The notes under the pieces were generated by a model, which saw only the letters and a list, made by a program, of their open reading frames with translations, made no database searches and was not told the origin of the DNA. A stretch of 64,000 nucleotides of DNA from Octopus vulgaris (Eukaryota). Below are positions 40,153-52,554 of the stretch, piece by piece. The translations under genes and the position numbers were made by a program. The stretch is taken from NCBI GenBank assembly GCA_951406725.2, contig OX597834.1:14074001-14138000 (forward strand). The letters run 5' to 3'. Within the stretch, counting starts at the first letter, position 1, and each line of letters starts with the position of its first letter.

Positions 40153-41997
40153 GTAATTGAAAAGAAAAACGCTTCAGATAGGAATACAGAATCGCGGCAA
40201 ACGCCACTAGCAATCCAAAAACCTTCTTTGCCCATGTACAACGGAATTCCCGCTTGAACAACCAAATTACAACGTTGGTAGACTCAACAGGCGTATCGAT
40301 TGAGGACCCTAATCAACTGAGTCAATTATTTGCCGAGGCTTTTTCAACTATTTTCAAACAAGTTGATGGTCGTGAACCCCCTCCATTTGATAGATCGGTA
40401 CCTCCAATGCTTCGATTGGTCATCACGCGGGACGAAGTCGAACGCGTTATTCAAGGCCTCGATGTCAACAAGGGTTACGGCCCTGACGGCATACACCCAC
40501 GGGTTAGCAAAGCGTTGGCTCCGGTCATCTGCGAGCCTTTAATACGTCTATTCAATATGTCATTGGCGACGGGTGTTATACCTGCGGACTGGAGAACAGC
40601 GATAATCTGCCCAATTTTCAAGAAAGGGAGCCGCGAACACCCGCTTAACTACCGACCGGTTTCCCTTACATCAATAATCAGCAAGATGTTCGAAACCATC
40701 CTTAAGTAAAGTATGATGCTCCACCTCCAAAACACAGCCTCTATCTCTGATTCCCAACACGGTTTCATGCTGAAGAGATCATGCTTGACCAACTTACTGG
40801 TAATGGAAGAATTGGTGACGCGCATCCTCGATGATAGTGATGCTGTTGACATCGTTTTATTGGACTTTGCCACAGCTTTTGACTCGGTAAACCACCGCCT
40901 ATTACTTGTCAAGCTTCAAGCTTATAGTTTCCATCCGGATATTGTACGATGGGTTGGTGCCTTCCTCTCAGATCGCTCCTTCCAAGTCCAAGTTAATGGT
41001 TCGCGGTCCGACGTCTCCAGTGCGAGCAATGGCGTGCCTCAAGGTTCTGTGATTGGACCCTTAGTCTTCATAAATAACTTGCCCGACGACCTCACGCAAC
41101 ACACCCTTCTATTTGCCAACGATGTCAAACTGGTCGCTCCTCGCGGTGATATAGAGGATCTTCGTCGATGCCTGCACCAAATTTGGAGATGGTCTAACGA
41201 ATGGGACCTGTGTCTGAACGTGTCAAAGTGCTGTCATCTGCCTGTTGGCTCTCCTCCTGCAACTCAACTTGATTGCAAGACGGGTCGTCTGCTGCTGGAG
41301 AGGGCCGATCAGGTAAAGGACCTGTGTATCTTGGTGGATTCCTCCTTTTCGCCTTTGCCCCAGTGCGTCCATGCTGCCAACAAAGCACGCGGAATTCTGT
41401 TCTTGATTCGACGGTCATTCGGAATGCTCACAGCAGCCATATTCCTAACGCTCTATGTCACGCTAGTGAGACCCATATTGGAGTACGGGATTCAAGCCTC
41501 TTCTCCTTATCTCCTCGAAGACATACAGCATCTGGAAAGAGTCCAGAAGCTGGCTACCCGCATGGTTCTTGGTCTCAAGAATTTGTCTTATGAAGAAAGG
41601 CTGAAGACGCTCGACATTTATTCTCTAGAAAAACGACGACGCCGTGGTGATCTCATTCTTGCTCACAACATCATAAGCGGAAAGTGTAACCTCTCGAAGG
41701 AGCTGTTCATCACTCCTGCTTCAGAGCGTCGGCTGCGGGGTCATTCCGAAAAGCTCTATCTGCGACGTTTTCATCTCAATCGAAGTAGAGGGGCTTTCTC
41801 CGTCCGGGTTGCGTATCCGTGGAATAAGCTGCCGGACGAGATGGTGAAGATGGCGACGACCGCTCGGTGCAAAGTCTCCCTTGACCACAAGTGGGCTGAA
41901 CTCTTTACATGAACACCACCCTGTACCTAACTCCATGATCCCCTACATGGCCTTGCTTTTTGCTTTTTGAGCCAAAAAATTAACTAACTAGTTAACT

Positions 41998-42000
<3 letters not shown>
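40145..42000 (+). mobile_element. 5'-truncated CR1-group non-LTR retrotransposon, between (TA)n tracts
   Basis: RT-containing frame, 3'UTR and (TAAC)n-like tail TTAACTAACTAGTTAACTAAC; second copy at 29378-29694. Confidence 0.93.
40254..41912 (+). pseudogene. LINE ORF2 reverse transcriptase (no endonuclease domain), one in-frame stop at 40707-40709
   Basis: GPDGIHPR, WRTAIICPIFKKG, NYRPVSLTS, QHGF, LDFATAFDSV, GVPQGSVIGP, LFANDVKL (catalytic DD changed to ND), RPILEY, YEERLKTL, RRRRGDLI, WNKLP. Confidence 0.92.
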
Positions 42001-42079
<79 letters not shown>

Positions 42080-42080
42080 A

Positions 42081-42122
<42 letters not shown>

Positions 42123-42177
42123 ATGTGTGTCGTTGTTTGCTTTTTACATGACCAAAATTTAATAAAATGAAATTCCC

Positions 42178-42356
42178 CACCTGGACGGCACGACGGACCG
42201 TCGCAAGATACTCATTTTTGCGAGCTGAGTGGACAGGAGTAACGTGATAATGAAGCCATTTGCTCAAGAACACAACGCCTCGCCCTGTTCAGGAATCGAA
42301 ACCACACCCTTACGATCATAAGTTCAACACTCTAACCACTAAACCACGCGCCACCA
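42178..42356 (-). mobile_element. SINE with family D-like head and CORE-like segment, different tail, diverged
   Basis: GCTGAGTGGACAGGAG...TTGCTCAAGAACACAACGC...GGAATCGAAACC; related fragment at about 33590-33725. Confidence 0.65.
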
Positions 42357-42887
42357 CCTGTAGTTCATGTAGTAGAACATCCGCATTATTTATGGGATGT
42401 CCCAATATATGCGCACACGATATGAATGCGTGTGTTTGTGTACGTGTTTGTCCCTCGACACCGCTTGACAAACGATGCTTTATTTACTTTCCTGTAGCTT
42501 AGACTTCAAGAAGCGATTCAGCAAAATAGGAAAACCACAATAGATACCTCTCTTTTTTAAAAAATATGTACTTCCTTCTTTCGAGTAACCCCGTGAAGTT
42601 TTTGCACCAGTATAGTCGCTGTATAACGACTGACACAAGTGTATGTTAAAAGAGGGAAGATGAACGATACTGACGGTAGATACGTTGAATAATCACATAA
42701 GTATCCTGATTAGCTTACTTTGGCTAATTAATTTAGGATCATAAGTACTGTTTGACTACGTCGAGTCGGTGGGTAGCGTTCAATTAATGATGGCTCTTTC
42801 TAATCTGGCACTTGGTCAGATTTTCTAACGATAAACGGATTCATTATTGACATTTGTAAACCACTTGGAAAAGTCTGTTTATCAATG

Positions 42888-43309
42888 AAATATTTGTCTG
42901 AACGATTTAAATGAAGAGAGAGAAATAGAGAGAAAGAGAGAGATAGAGTGAGAGACAATGAGAAGAGAGAGAGAAAGAGAAAGAGTGAGAGAGAGAAAGA
43001 GAAAGAGAGAGAGAGAAAGAGAAGAGAGAGAGAAAGAGAAAGAGAGAGTGAGAGAGAGAGAAAATATTCGTCTGAACGATTTAAATGAAGAGAGAGAAAG
43101 AGAGAGAAAGAGAAAGAGAGAGAGAAAGAGAGAGAGAAAAGAGAAGAGAGAGAGAAAGAGAAGAGAGAGAGAAAGAGAAGAGAGAGAAAGAGAAGGAGAG
43201 AGAGAGAAAGAGAAAGAGAGAGTGAGAGAGAGAAAAATATTTGTCTGAATGATTTAAATGAAGAGAGAGAGAGAAAGAGAAGAGAGAGAGAGAAAGAGAA
43301 GAGAGAGAG

Positions 43310-43341
<32 letters not shown>

Positions 43342-43387
43342 GAGAGTGAGAGAGAGAAAAATATTTGTCTGAACGATTTAAATGAAG

Positions 43388-43437
<50 letters not shown>

Positions 43438-43526
43438 GAGAAAGAGAGAGAGAGAAAGAGAAGAGAGAGAGAAAGAGAAGAGAGAGAGAAAGAGAAAGAG
43501 GGAGTGAGAGAGGGAAAAAAGGAAAG
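42888..43526. repeat. Polypurine (GA/GAA) minisatellite with 4 copies of a conserved AAATATTTGTCTGAACGATTTAAATGAAG spacer
   Basis: Spacer copies start near 42888, 43062, 43235 and 43359. Confidence 0.92.
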
Positions 43527-43599
43527 ATACACAATTGATGTTCGTCTTTAATTCTCTCTTAATGGTCTTCCTGTAGAGAAGTTATTTTTGGGTGTTAGG

Positions 43600-43802
43600 C
43601 TCGTGATGCCAATAATGATGATGCTCATGATGATGATGATGATGATGATGAAAGGGATCATCATGATCGTGAGCATGATGAGAGGGAGGAGGTGGAAGAC
43701 GAGGTGGAGGTGGTGCAAGAGGATGATGTTTTTGATCATGATGAGGAACATGAGGATTACTACGATGACCACGACAACGACGACGATGATGATGATGATG
43801 AC

Positions 43803-43864
<62 letters not shown>

Positions 43865-43909
43865 CAACGATGATGATGATGGTAGAGATGATGATAAAGA
43901 TGATGATGG

Positions 43910-43942
<33 letters not shown>

Positions 43943-44109
43943 CGATGATGATGATGATGATGATGAGGATAGAGATGATGATGGTGATGATGATGATGAT
44001 GATGATGATGATGAGGGTAGAGATGATGATAAAGATGATGATGATGATGACGGTGATGATGATGATGATGATGAAGTTGATGATGATGATGTTGATGATA
44101 ATGATAACG

Positions 44110-44141
<32 letters not shown>

Positions 44142-44180
44142 GAAGATGATGATGATGATGATAAAGTTGATAATGATAAC

Positions 44181-44227
<47 letters not shown>

Positions 44228-44790
44228 CAACGATGATGATGATGATGATGATGATGACGTGGATGATAGCGAATATTATGTACATGTTGATAACGATGCT
44301 GATGCTGATGCTGAAGGCGCTGATTAACATTATGATGGTGTTCTTGATGCTGATGCTGATGATGGGATTAATAATTATAATCAATCAGAAGATTATGGTG
44401 AAGATGATGGAGGGGAGGGGAAGGCATGGGCAGGGCACTGTAATTGAACTTGACAACGATGATATTGATGAAAATGATGACGTTGATAATAATGAGAAGA
44501 AGAAGGTGGAGGCAGATGGGTTATGGCGATGATGATGATGATGATGATCATGATGTCCATAATAAAAAAGGACGGTGATGCTGATAAGGAGGAGTAGGAC
44601 TGGAGTACTAGAAGGCTGAGTGTGATGTTGACGATGATGATGATGACGACGACCACGATGACCACGACGATGACGATGAAGATGACAGTGAAGATGATGA
44701 TGATGATAATGATGATGATGATGATGACGATGATGATGATGATGATGATGATAACTACGACGACGATGATGATGATGATTATGATGATGG

Positions 44791-44831
<41 letters not shown>

Positions 44832-45255
44832 GTGATGACGATGATTATGGCGGTGGTGATGATGATGATGATAACGACGACGACGATGATGATGATGATT
44901 ATGATGATTATGATGGCGATGTTGATGATGACGATGACGATGATGATGATGACTAATGATGACGATGATGATGATTATGATGATGATGATGATGATGATG
45001 ATTATGATGGCGATGTTGATGATGACGATGACGATGATGATGATGACTAATGATGACGATGATGATGATTATGGTGGTGGTGATGATGATGATGATGATG
45101 ATAACGACGAAGACGATGATGATGATGATTATGATGATTATGATGGCGATGTTGATGATGACGATGATGACGACGGAGATTGCGATTATGATGTTGGCGA
45201 TGTTGATGGTGGGCGTTGGTGTGAAGAAAATCGAAGATGATGACGTTGAGGATAA
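43600..45255. repeat. Long imperfect (GAT)n block with higher-order internal repeats
   Basis: Read directly; GATTATGATGGCGATGTTGATGATGACGATG recurs near 44907, 45000 and 45137. Confidence 0.95.
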
Positions 45256-45794
45256 CCAATAATCTGGCAAAATGTTTCAAAAACACCAAAAACAAAAACA
45301 AAAACAAAACAAAACCAAAAAATATGAAATTAATAAACAAAACAAAAAATAACAAAATAATAAATAATTACTGATCATAAATAAAATAACGTACAATAAA
45401 AGCCATATCCTCAACGAAGCAAAATAAAGAATAAATTTCGAAACGCGTTGGAAAGTAAGCGGAGAGGTGTTCTGTATAATGATGTATGGAACACACATGG
45501 AAACGGTGAAATAAACGGGAAATAATACACGGAAAAATATGGAATAAAAAGCAGAGCGACCGTTAAATACATGAATTGTTTTAATAAAATAAATACAGAA
45601 ATTAATAATAAATAAATAAATAGATACAGAAATGAATAAATAAATGCAGAAATGAATATGTAAATGAATAAAATGAAGGAATAAATAAAAATGAGGATAT
45701 TTTTAATTAACAGGAATTTTTTTTGCGATGCACATCTGCAAAACCAATTAATTTCCGCATCGTTTTGCCAAGTTTTGGATATGATTGCTACGAA

Positions 45795-46274
45795 TGATAG
45801 TGGTGGTGGTGTTGGTGGCGGTGGTGGTAGTGTTGGTGGTGGTGGGGATATTGTTGGTGGTAGTGGTGGTGGTGGTTGTGGCGGTGGTGTTCAATGCTAT
45901 TGGTCATGTTGGTGGTGGTGGTGGTGGCAACGGCGGTGCCGGTGGTGGTGGTAGTGGATATAGTTATGGTGATAGTGGTGGTGGTGGTGGTGGCGGCGGT
46001 GGTGGTGGTCTATATGGTTATGGTGATGGTGGTGGTGGTGGTGGAGGAGGATGTGGTGGCAGCGGTTGTAGTAGCAGCAGCGGTGGCAGAGGCGGGGGCG
46101 GCAGCGGCGGAGGTGGAGGCGGCGCGGGCGGCGGAGGCTGATGCGGTGGTGGAAGCGGCGGTCGAAGCGGTGGTGGTGGTTGCGGCGGTACTGCTGCTGC
46201 TGCTGTCTCTTCTGGTATTCCTGGCGGTGATGCTATTTGTAATGATGTTGAAGACAATGACGACGATGTGGAAA

Positions 46275-46305
<31 letters not shown>

Positions 46306-46580
46306 CGATGACGATGACGGCAACGATGGTGATCAGGATGATGATGCGTGGGAGGAGGTAAACGCCGATGATGAGAGCGATCATAATGACCCCCACCGGC
46401 ACGGTTGATGAACACGAATTCATGGATGGAATGATGATGACTTGAATGATTATGATGGTGAGGAGGAGGAGGAGGAGGAGGAAGAGGAAGGAAGGTGAAG
46501 GAGGAGGAGGATGAAGGAAGGCGAAGGAGGTGGAGGTAGTTTTCAATGGCGATGATATTGATGATGGTGATGATAATGGT
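45795..46580. repeat. GC-rich (GGT)/(GGC)/(GAT)/(GAG) low-complexity island
   Basis: Read directly; the most GC- and CpG-rich segment of the window lies around 46050-46230. Confidence 0.85.
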
Positions 46581-47035
46581 CGTAGTGTGAAGGCCTATTA
46601 TTACTCTTTGTATTTTTTTAAGTTCTTTTTTTCTTCGTCTTGTTGTTGTTGTTGTTGTTATTTTGTTTTCTGGAGCTGTCGCTTTTGCTCGAGTTGATTC
46701 TGCGAGAGCGGGCACAAACCTGTTGTCAGAGGTCTCACAGGGTCACTTTTCGCAAATTATAATCTTCGATACTTGGATCTTAAATTATCTTGGATGACAC
46801 TCAAAACCCAGGCGCTAATCTCAAAAAACCTAGCTGTCCCCAATAGAGCATTTTTGCTTGGCCCATTCTGCCCATATGACAGTTCCAAATTCTCCGACAT
46901 ATTTTCTCGAACCTGGTTGTATTTCTACTGCTGCAGACCTCTCATTATAGGGTTGGTTGCTAGCGCAAGATAGCTCACTTAATACTTTTAAGATTAAAGA
47001 GGCCCCTATTGGTCTTCTCCGACAAAACCCTCTTT

Positions 47036-47056
47036 AATTATTATTATTATCATTAC

Positions 47057-47117
<61 letters not shown>

Positions 47118-47292
47118 ATTATTATTATTATTACTATTATTATTATCATTATTATTATCATTATTATTATTATCATTATTATTATTATTATTATTGTTGT
47201 TGTTGTTGTTGTCGTCGTTGCTGCTGCTGCTGTTGTTGTTGTTCGTGTTGTTCTTGTTGTTGCTGTTCTTCTTCTTCTTGTTGTTGTTATTC

Positions 47293-47327
<35 letters not shown>

Positions 47328-47430
47328 ATTATGATTATTATTATTATTGTTGTTGTTCTTGTTGTTGTTGTTGTTCTTGTTGTTGCTGTTGTTGTTGTTG
47401 TTGTTGTTCTTCTTCTTCTTCTTCTTCTTC

Positions 47431-47464
<34 letters not shown>

Positions 47465-47491
47465 CATTATTATTATCGTTATTATTATTAT
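47036..47491. repeat. (ATT)n/(GTT)n/(CTT)n compound microsatellite
   Basis: Read directly. Confidence 0.95.
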
Positions 47492-47780
47492 TGAGCGAGA
47501 GAGTAAAGTATGCCATGAAAGTAACACCGGGGCAAAATTTACGACCCCCAGTATGCCCAGCATGGCCACCCATCTTACAACACGTACACCAGGCACATGC
47601 ATCACAACTACAACTGCGCTTGATGGTGATCCCATATCGAAATAAAGAGCGCATGACTTTGAAGGTGCGGCCCAGTTAGAATTTTCTTCAGAATTTTATT
47701 CGTGTTAGGTAAACCATTCTGCTCCAGAAGCCCCTGAATAAGGGTCTTTTAAGGATGTTGAATGAAACATGTCCATATAC
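47492..47780 (-). mobile_element. Probable end of a (TAA)n-associated non-LTR element (Dong/R4-like), diverged
   Basis: Non-simple sequence directly abutting (ATT)n; resembles from memory a common octopus repeat; not verifiable within this window. Confidence 0.35.
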
Positions 47781-47937
47781 ATGATACTCACTTGATAAGG
47801 GTACAATAATCACATGCAATACAACCAAATGTGTTCAACTTAGTCAACTCATATCAATATAAACAACGCAAATTTAGTGTTACTGTTAAAAAAAACCTTA
47901 CCATCATCCATTTGTTCGATCCCTCCCCCTTTCAGGA

Positions 47938-48304
47938 TCATCGTCATCAGCGACCCGACATTTCGGAGGATTTTCTTAGATCCGAAACCTGCATCATTGG
48001 AGTAATTTATAATGAAAATCTTTCAAACTGTAACCCGTTCACTTTTGATTTCTTTTCCGATTATCCAACGTGGACTACATAAGAGACGATAGGAGATTTA
48101 ATGTGATCAAATATTTAAATTATTTCTTTTAGGTCGACCGAATAGTGGTTTTCCTACTGATAATCAGGGGAAACAAGAACGTGTCTCTTAATCTTTATAC
48201 GAAGCATCCGTACTTTAATGTATGAAAGAAGGGTTAATAGCATAAAAGAGAATTGGTCCAAGCGAGTATGTTAGCGTTAAAACCGTTAAAATCATTCAGA
48301 AACC
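47938..48304 (+). repeat. About 365-bp segment duplicated at 54977-55346 (putative donor)
   Basis: Roughly 93-95% identical by eye. Confidence 0.92.
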
Positions 48305-48717
48305 TATTTCTTTATTACCCACAAGGGGATAAACACAGAGGGGACAAACAATGGCAGACATAGGTACTAATTCGATTACATCGACCCCAGTGCGTAACTG
48401 GTACTTAATTTATCGACCCCGAAAGGATGAAAGGCGAAGTCGACCTCGGCAGAATTGGAACTCACAACTTAACGCAGACGAAATACCTATTTCTTTATTA
48501 CCCACAAGGAGCTAAACACAGAGGGGACAAACAATGGCAGACATGGGTACTAAGTCGATTACATCGACCCCAGTGCGTAACTGGTACTTAATTTATCGAC
48601 CCCGAAAGGATGAAAGGCGAAGTCGACCTCAGCGGAATTTGAACTCACAACGTAACGCAGACGAAATACCGCTAAGCATTTCTCCCGGCGTGCTAACGTT
48701 TCTGCCAGCTCGCCGCC
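48302..48717 (-). mobile_element. SINE family B dimer (one head plus 2 x 183 bp)
   Basis: Unit boundaries ACC(T) at 48302, 48485 and 48668. Confidence 0.93.
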
Positions 48718-51269
48718 ATGTAGTTTTATTTAATCTCAAAGCAAGTTATTAGTATCGACCAGGTATTCGCATCTAGATGGAACGGAACAAATACGGCACA
48801 GATTCTGGTCTGAGATTCGAATAAATATTCACCTGCTGGTATTTTGTTTGATTGATCTTGAACAGTGAATTGGATAGAATTTGAACGCTAGGATTAACAG
48901 TAAATGTACAACTGTGAATTTGGAATATTACTCAGAAAAACGGTTCCACATTCTGGTATGCTTTGTATAATTGCATCTGTTGCAGTTTTAATTATACGTA
49001 CATTACTCCCTCAGGTCTGTTGAATATGTCTGAAACTTTTGTTTGTGGCCACGAGTGAATCAGGAGACAGACTTTCCGTTTGGTGAATCTAATAATATTT
49101 CAAGCCAAAACTTACTGAAAATTCTTTAAAATGATTGGTATTAGATAAGTCTCTGAAACATAATGGAACAAATTTCGGAATTCTGAGACAAATTCAATAA
49201 ATAGGAAACAAAAAGCCATCTATATGAATAATTGATTTTGAAAAGGCAGCGTAGTTTCTTAGCAATAGAATTATTGGAAAGGAAGCAGATTATAATCTTA
49301 GAAGCAGAGCAATCGTAAGAATAATGAGTTAAGGGTTATATAAATAGTTAAACGGAATTCATTCATATATTCTTATCTTTTGTTGTTTGGGAACTTATAA
49401 ATAGTAAAAAAAAGTGAATGAATAATGTATGGGAAGAAATGTCTGTGTCTCGAAGGGAAACGTTCGGAGCTGTGTGAGATATCTGTGGGAGCAAAAACGA
49501 AGACGTAGATGTAAATATTTTGGAAGAGCAGGTTGATGTTTATGTAGTAATTTCTATAGAAATAACATGTGTGAAAATATATTGAACACGCAAGGAAAAC
49601 TGCATTACGTAATAATAGCTTCTCGTGCCGATACAAATTTAGAGATATTTTGCCTATCTATAAATACATTTCTGAAACCCAGTTTGAAGAAATGGAGGTA
49701 AACGAACTTAGTAAATGCAGAGTTGAATCTAAGTAGTAAACAGATCGTGACAAAACATGTGAAATTTCTGGAATGTAGAATCATGACTTCGATGTCATTA
49801 TAATATAAAGTGAGTATCAGATTCAAAACGAAAAAGCTTAATGATGAGAGAGTACACAATATCACGTCTTATAAGCAATTTTCTTGTGGTCACGCAATGG
49901 GTTTCATAGCCAGCTAGTGTAAATGAATGCATGATAAGCGTGTTAATAAAGAAATGGATTCCAGTAATTCATACACGATATCAGAAAAGAAAAACAAAAT
50001 GTCTATTGTATTTTGTAAGATGACAGAATTTTGAAGCGTCGGCGAAATGCTTTGACATATTGGTTACGTCACTTGACATTCTGAGTTCAAAATCCGTTTA
50101 AAGTTACCTCTACCATTTTAATTTTCGTGGGTCGATAGAAAATATGAAATATATGTCTGTCGAGTACGAAGTCGGTAGATTTGACTGACTTTTTCTCCCT
50201 TCAAATATATCAACCTTAGCCATTATTTGGACGAGCGGGCAGAAATTTTAACATACCTGACAAAATTATTTGTATCATGCATTAGGGGTTGACATTTCCG
50301 AGTTTACATGCCACCTACGTTAAAGTTTTGAATTCATGTTTTTCATATCGATAACTCCCGGCTGAATACTGAGGCCGATATAATCGGCTAACATTCCTCG
50401 TAGAACTTTCAGATCTTGTGCCCAAAACAGAAACAATTTAAAGTTAGAAGCAATTCTTTACTTTGCTCATAAGACATTGGTAGGAATAACTGAATATACA
50501 GTTATTATGGCATTACTTTTCGAGTGATATATATATATATATATATATATCACGTTCGTAATATGATATGGAAGCCTGTCTAAAGTTATGGTTAACTCAA
50601 ATGCCTTACAGGATTAAGCAATTTTAAGCATAATTTACTGCAAGTCTCTGATTGAATGGCTCAGCAATTTACAGGCATCTACATAAAATAAATTTCTTAC
50701 TAGAAAGATAGATGGATACGAGGCTATGTTGGAAACAGTTACCCAAATCGCAACGCAGAAAGATTGAGCCTAGAACTATATGTTTGAGATGCAAGCTTTT
50801 TATCACACAACCAGAAACACGTGCTTAAAGCATGTGAATATGTGATAAAGGACTTCTTTTCTTCTGGAGACACGACTTTTTTTTTTCCTGGTACTGAAAT
50901 CTTCAACATCCTATTCTCGTATTCTCTATTCCTGTTCGTTTTCAAAGCTACACATAAGGTGATTATTTTGAGGCTTTGTAGGTAGTATTTACAGTTTTCT
51001 AACATAGCATTTTTTGTTTTGTCTTTTTCTTTATGAATGGTGGCCGCAAGTTTTGTGCCAGAAAGTTACTTGCTCTAATTTATAACTAGTTCCTTCCGCA
51101 GATGATACTCTTTATAATATTATAAATCCTGTTATATTGAAATTGTTGTTCAGATAGTGTTTATTCTTATATCGCTTTTCACTTGCCAATTCGACGTTCG
51201 TTTCGTCTCTCCCTGTTTATTACTTACTGCGCCTTTTATGACGCTAAGCTGTGTCCTTTTTTTCCCCCT

Positions 51270-51560
51270 GGGATGTTTATATGCTTACCTTTTATTCATC
51301 GAACGTTTCACTGACTCTATTGTATCTGCCTGTTTTATCAGGTGTTCCACAACCTCCTGTTTCAAAATTTGTCGCTTTTTTTTTTATCTCCTTCAGATAT
51401 TTTTTTTTTTTTATGTGACTTCAGTAAACATGGTGCCGATGTAATATTCGGCAGATTTGCATATTTCTTCTGATGATCCTAAACTATCGTTCGTTCCCAA
51501 ATGTTAACATGTTTTGATGTGTGACCTTCGAAATTATCTCGTTATGCATGATTTTTCTTT
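51270..51560 (-). mobile_element. Very old CR1-like 3' fragment
   Basis: Weak peptides FEGHTSKH and LWNT...QADTIESVKR resemble the CR1 C-terminal RGHS.KL and WN.LP...A.TI.SFK. Confidence 0.35.
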
Positions 51561-52119
51561 TAGTCACAACTTTTTCATCTTTCAAGAGCAATATCACTCT
51601 ATCCTTTATATTTTCTCTTCCGTTAATTTTCACTAGGTTCTCCTTTTAGCCATTTTCCTTTGATCCCTGCCTCTTTTATATTCCGTTTTGCGCATCGTTT
51701 GCTTTTATCATACCCTAACAAAATATCCCCCACAATGGATGTATCTGTGCTATTATTTATAATTTTTTTATATATTATTCGTTTATTTTTTTATAATCAT
51801 ATTCTACATCTACTTTATATGGACATAACGTCATTCAATTGACAAACGATTCTAAATTTTAAAATTAAAATTTCATACTTCCTCGCAACCCTCTACTTAA
51901 ATATGATGTTTTCAAGTATGGGGTCGATTCATTCGATAAAAAATTCAAGGCGGTGCTCCAGCCTGGTCGCTGTCTCATGACTGACACCGACAAAAGTGAT
52001 AAAAGAGGTAAAGCGATGTAATACTCGCTATATTTCTCTCAGTTTCTTCTCTTTCTATTCTCATTTCCTATTGTTTCTCTTCCTGCTCTCATATCTTATT
52101 CATATCGCTAAACGCAATA

Positions 52120-52244
52120 CATTAATGTCTCGATATACGAGTCAATTCCTTCCCGGAGAACGCTCGTAAAGCGAAAACTTATAAACGGGAAGTAAAACTC
52201 GTAAAAGCTCTTAAAATGGGCTCTCGTAAAGAAAGGTATTACTG
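52120..52244. mobile_element. Tigger/pogo-like MITE, degenerate
   Basis: TA|CATTAATGTCTCGATATACGAG ... CTCGTAAAGAAAGGTATTACTG|TA (CAGTAATACC-type TIRs, TA TSD). Confidence 0.6.
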
Positions 52245-52554
52245 TACTAATATTTTATTGCAATTTACGCTATTAATATTCAAGAATATAAACCGAAACA
52301 CATTGAATAATACAAGCCAAAAAGCTAATTCTACATTCTCTCTAAGAGATCAGCGCCGTGGAATATTATTTATTGAATAAAAGTATTCTTTTATTTTAGC
52401 CAACTCTGTACAAGCCTGGTTCTTTCAAAGAACACAAGTTCAGTCTTTCAAGTTATGACTCCCATCAGGAATATTTGGAAATCCTCGTTGCCAGATGACC
52501 TTATGAAAAAATTATTTTAGCCATTGTAAAATAGATAATAGAGTAACGTTCCAT

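Noticed and set aside
40713-41912. Functional host reverse-transcriptase gene
   Set aside because: 5'-truncated LINE with an upstream in-frame stop, catalytic Asp changed to Asn and a retained LINE tail; no sign of domestication.
42888-43526. CRISPR-like repeat-spacer array
   Set aside because: The spacers are homologous (GA)n tracts of variable length, there are no cas genes, and the context is eukaryotic.
43588-44532. 314-aa Met-rich ORF (reflectin-like?)
   Set aside because: It is the ATG phase of (GAT)n and lacks the reflectin M/FD(X)5MD(X)5MD motif and Tyr/Arg/Pro content.
46018-46323. Formin FH1/WASP-like proline-rich CDS
   Set aside because: An in-frame stop lies just upstream (46333-46335), there is no ATG or strong acceptor, and no FH2 or other domain exon occurs in the window; kept only as part of the CpG-island finding.
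48030-48237. piggyBac-like MITE (TAACCCGTTC ... GAAGGGTTAA)
   Set aside because: Only a short imperfect terminal match, the left TTAA is absent, and the duplicated segment extends well beyond these ends.
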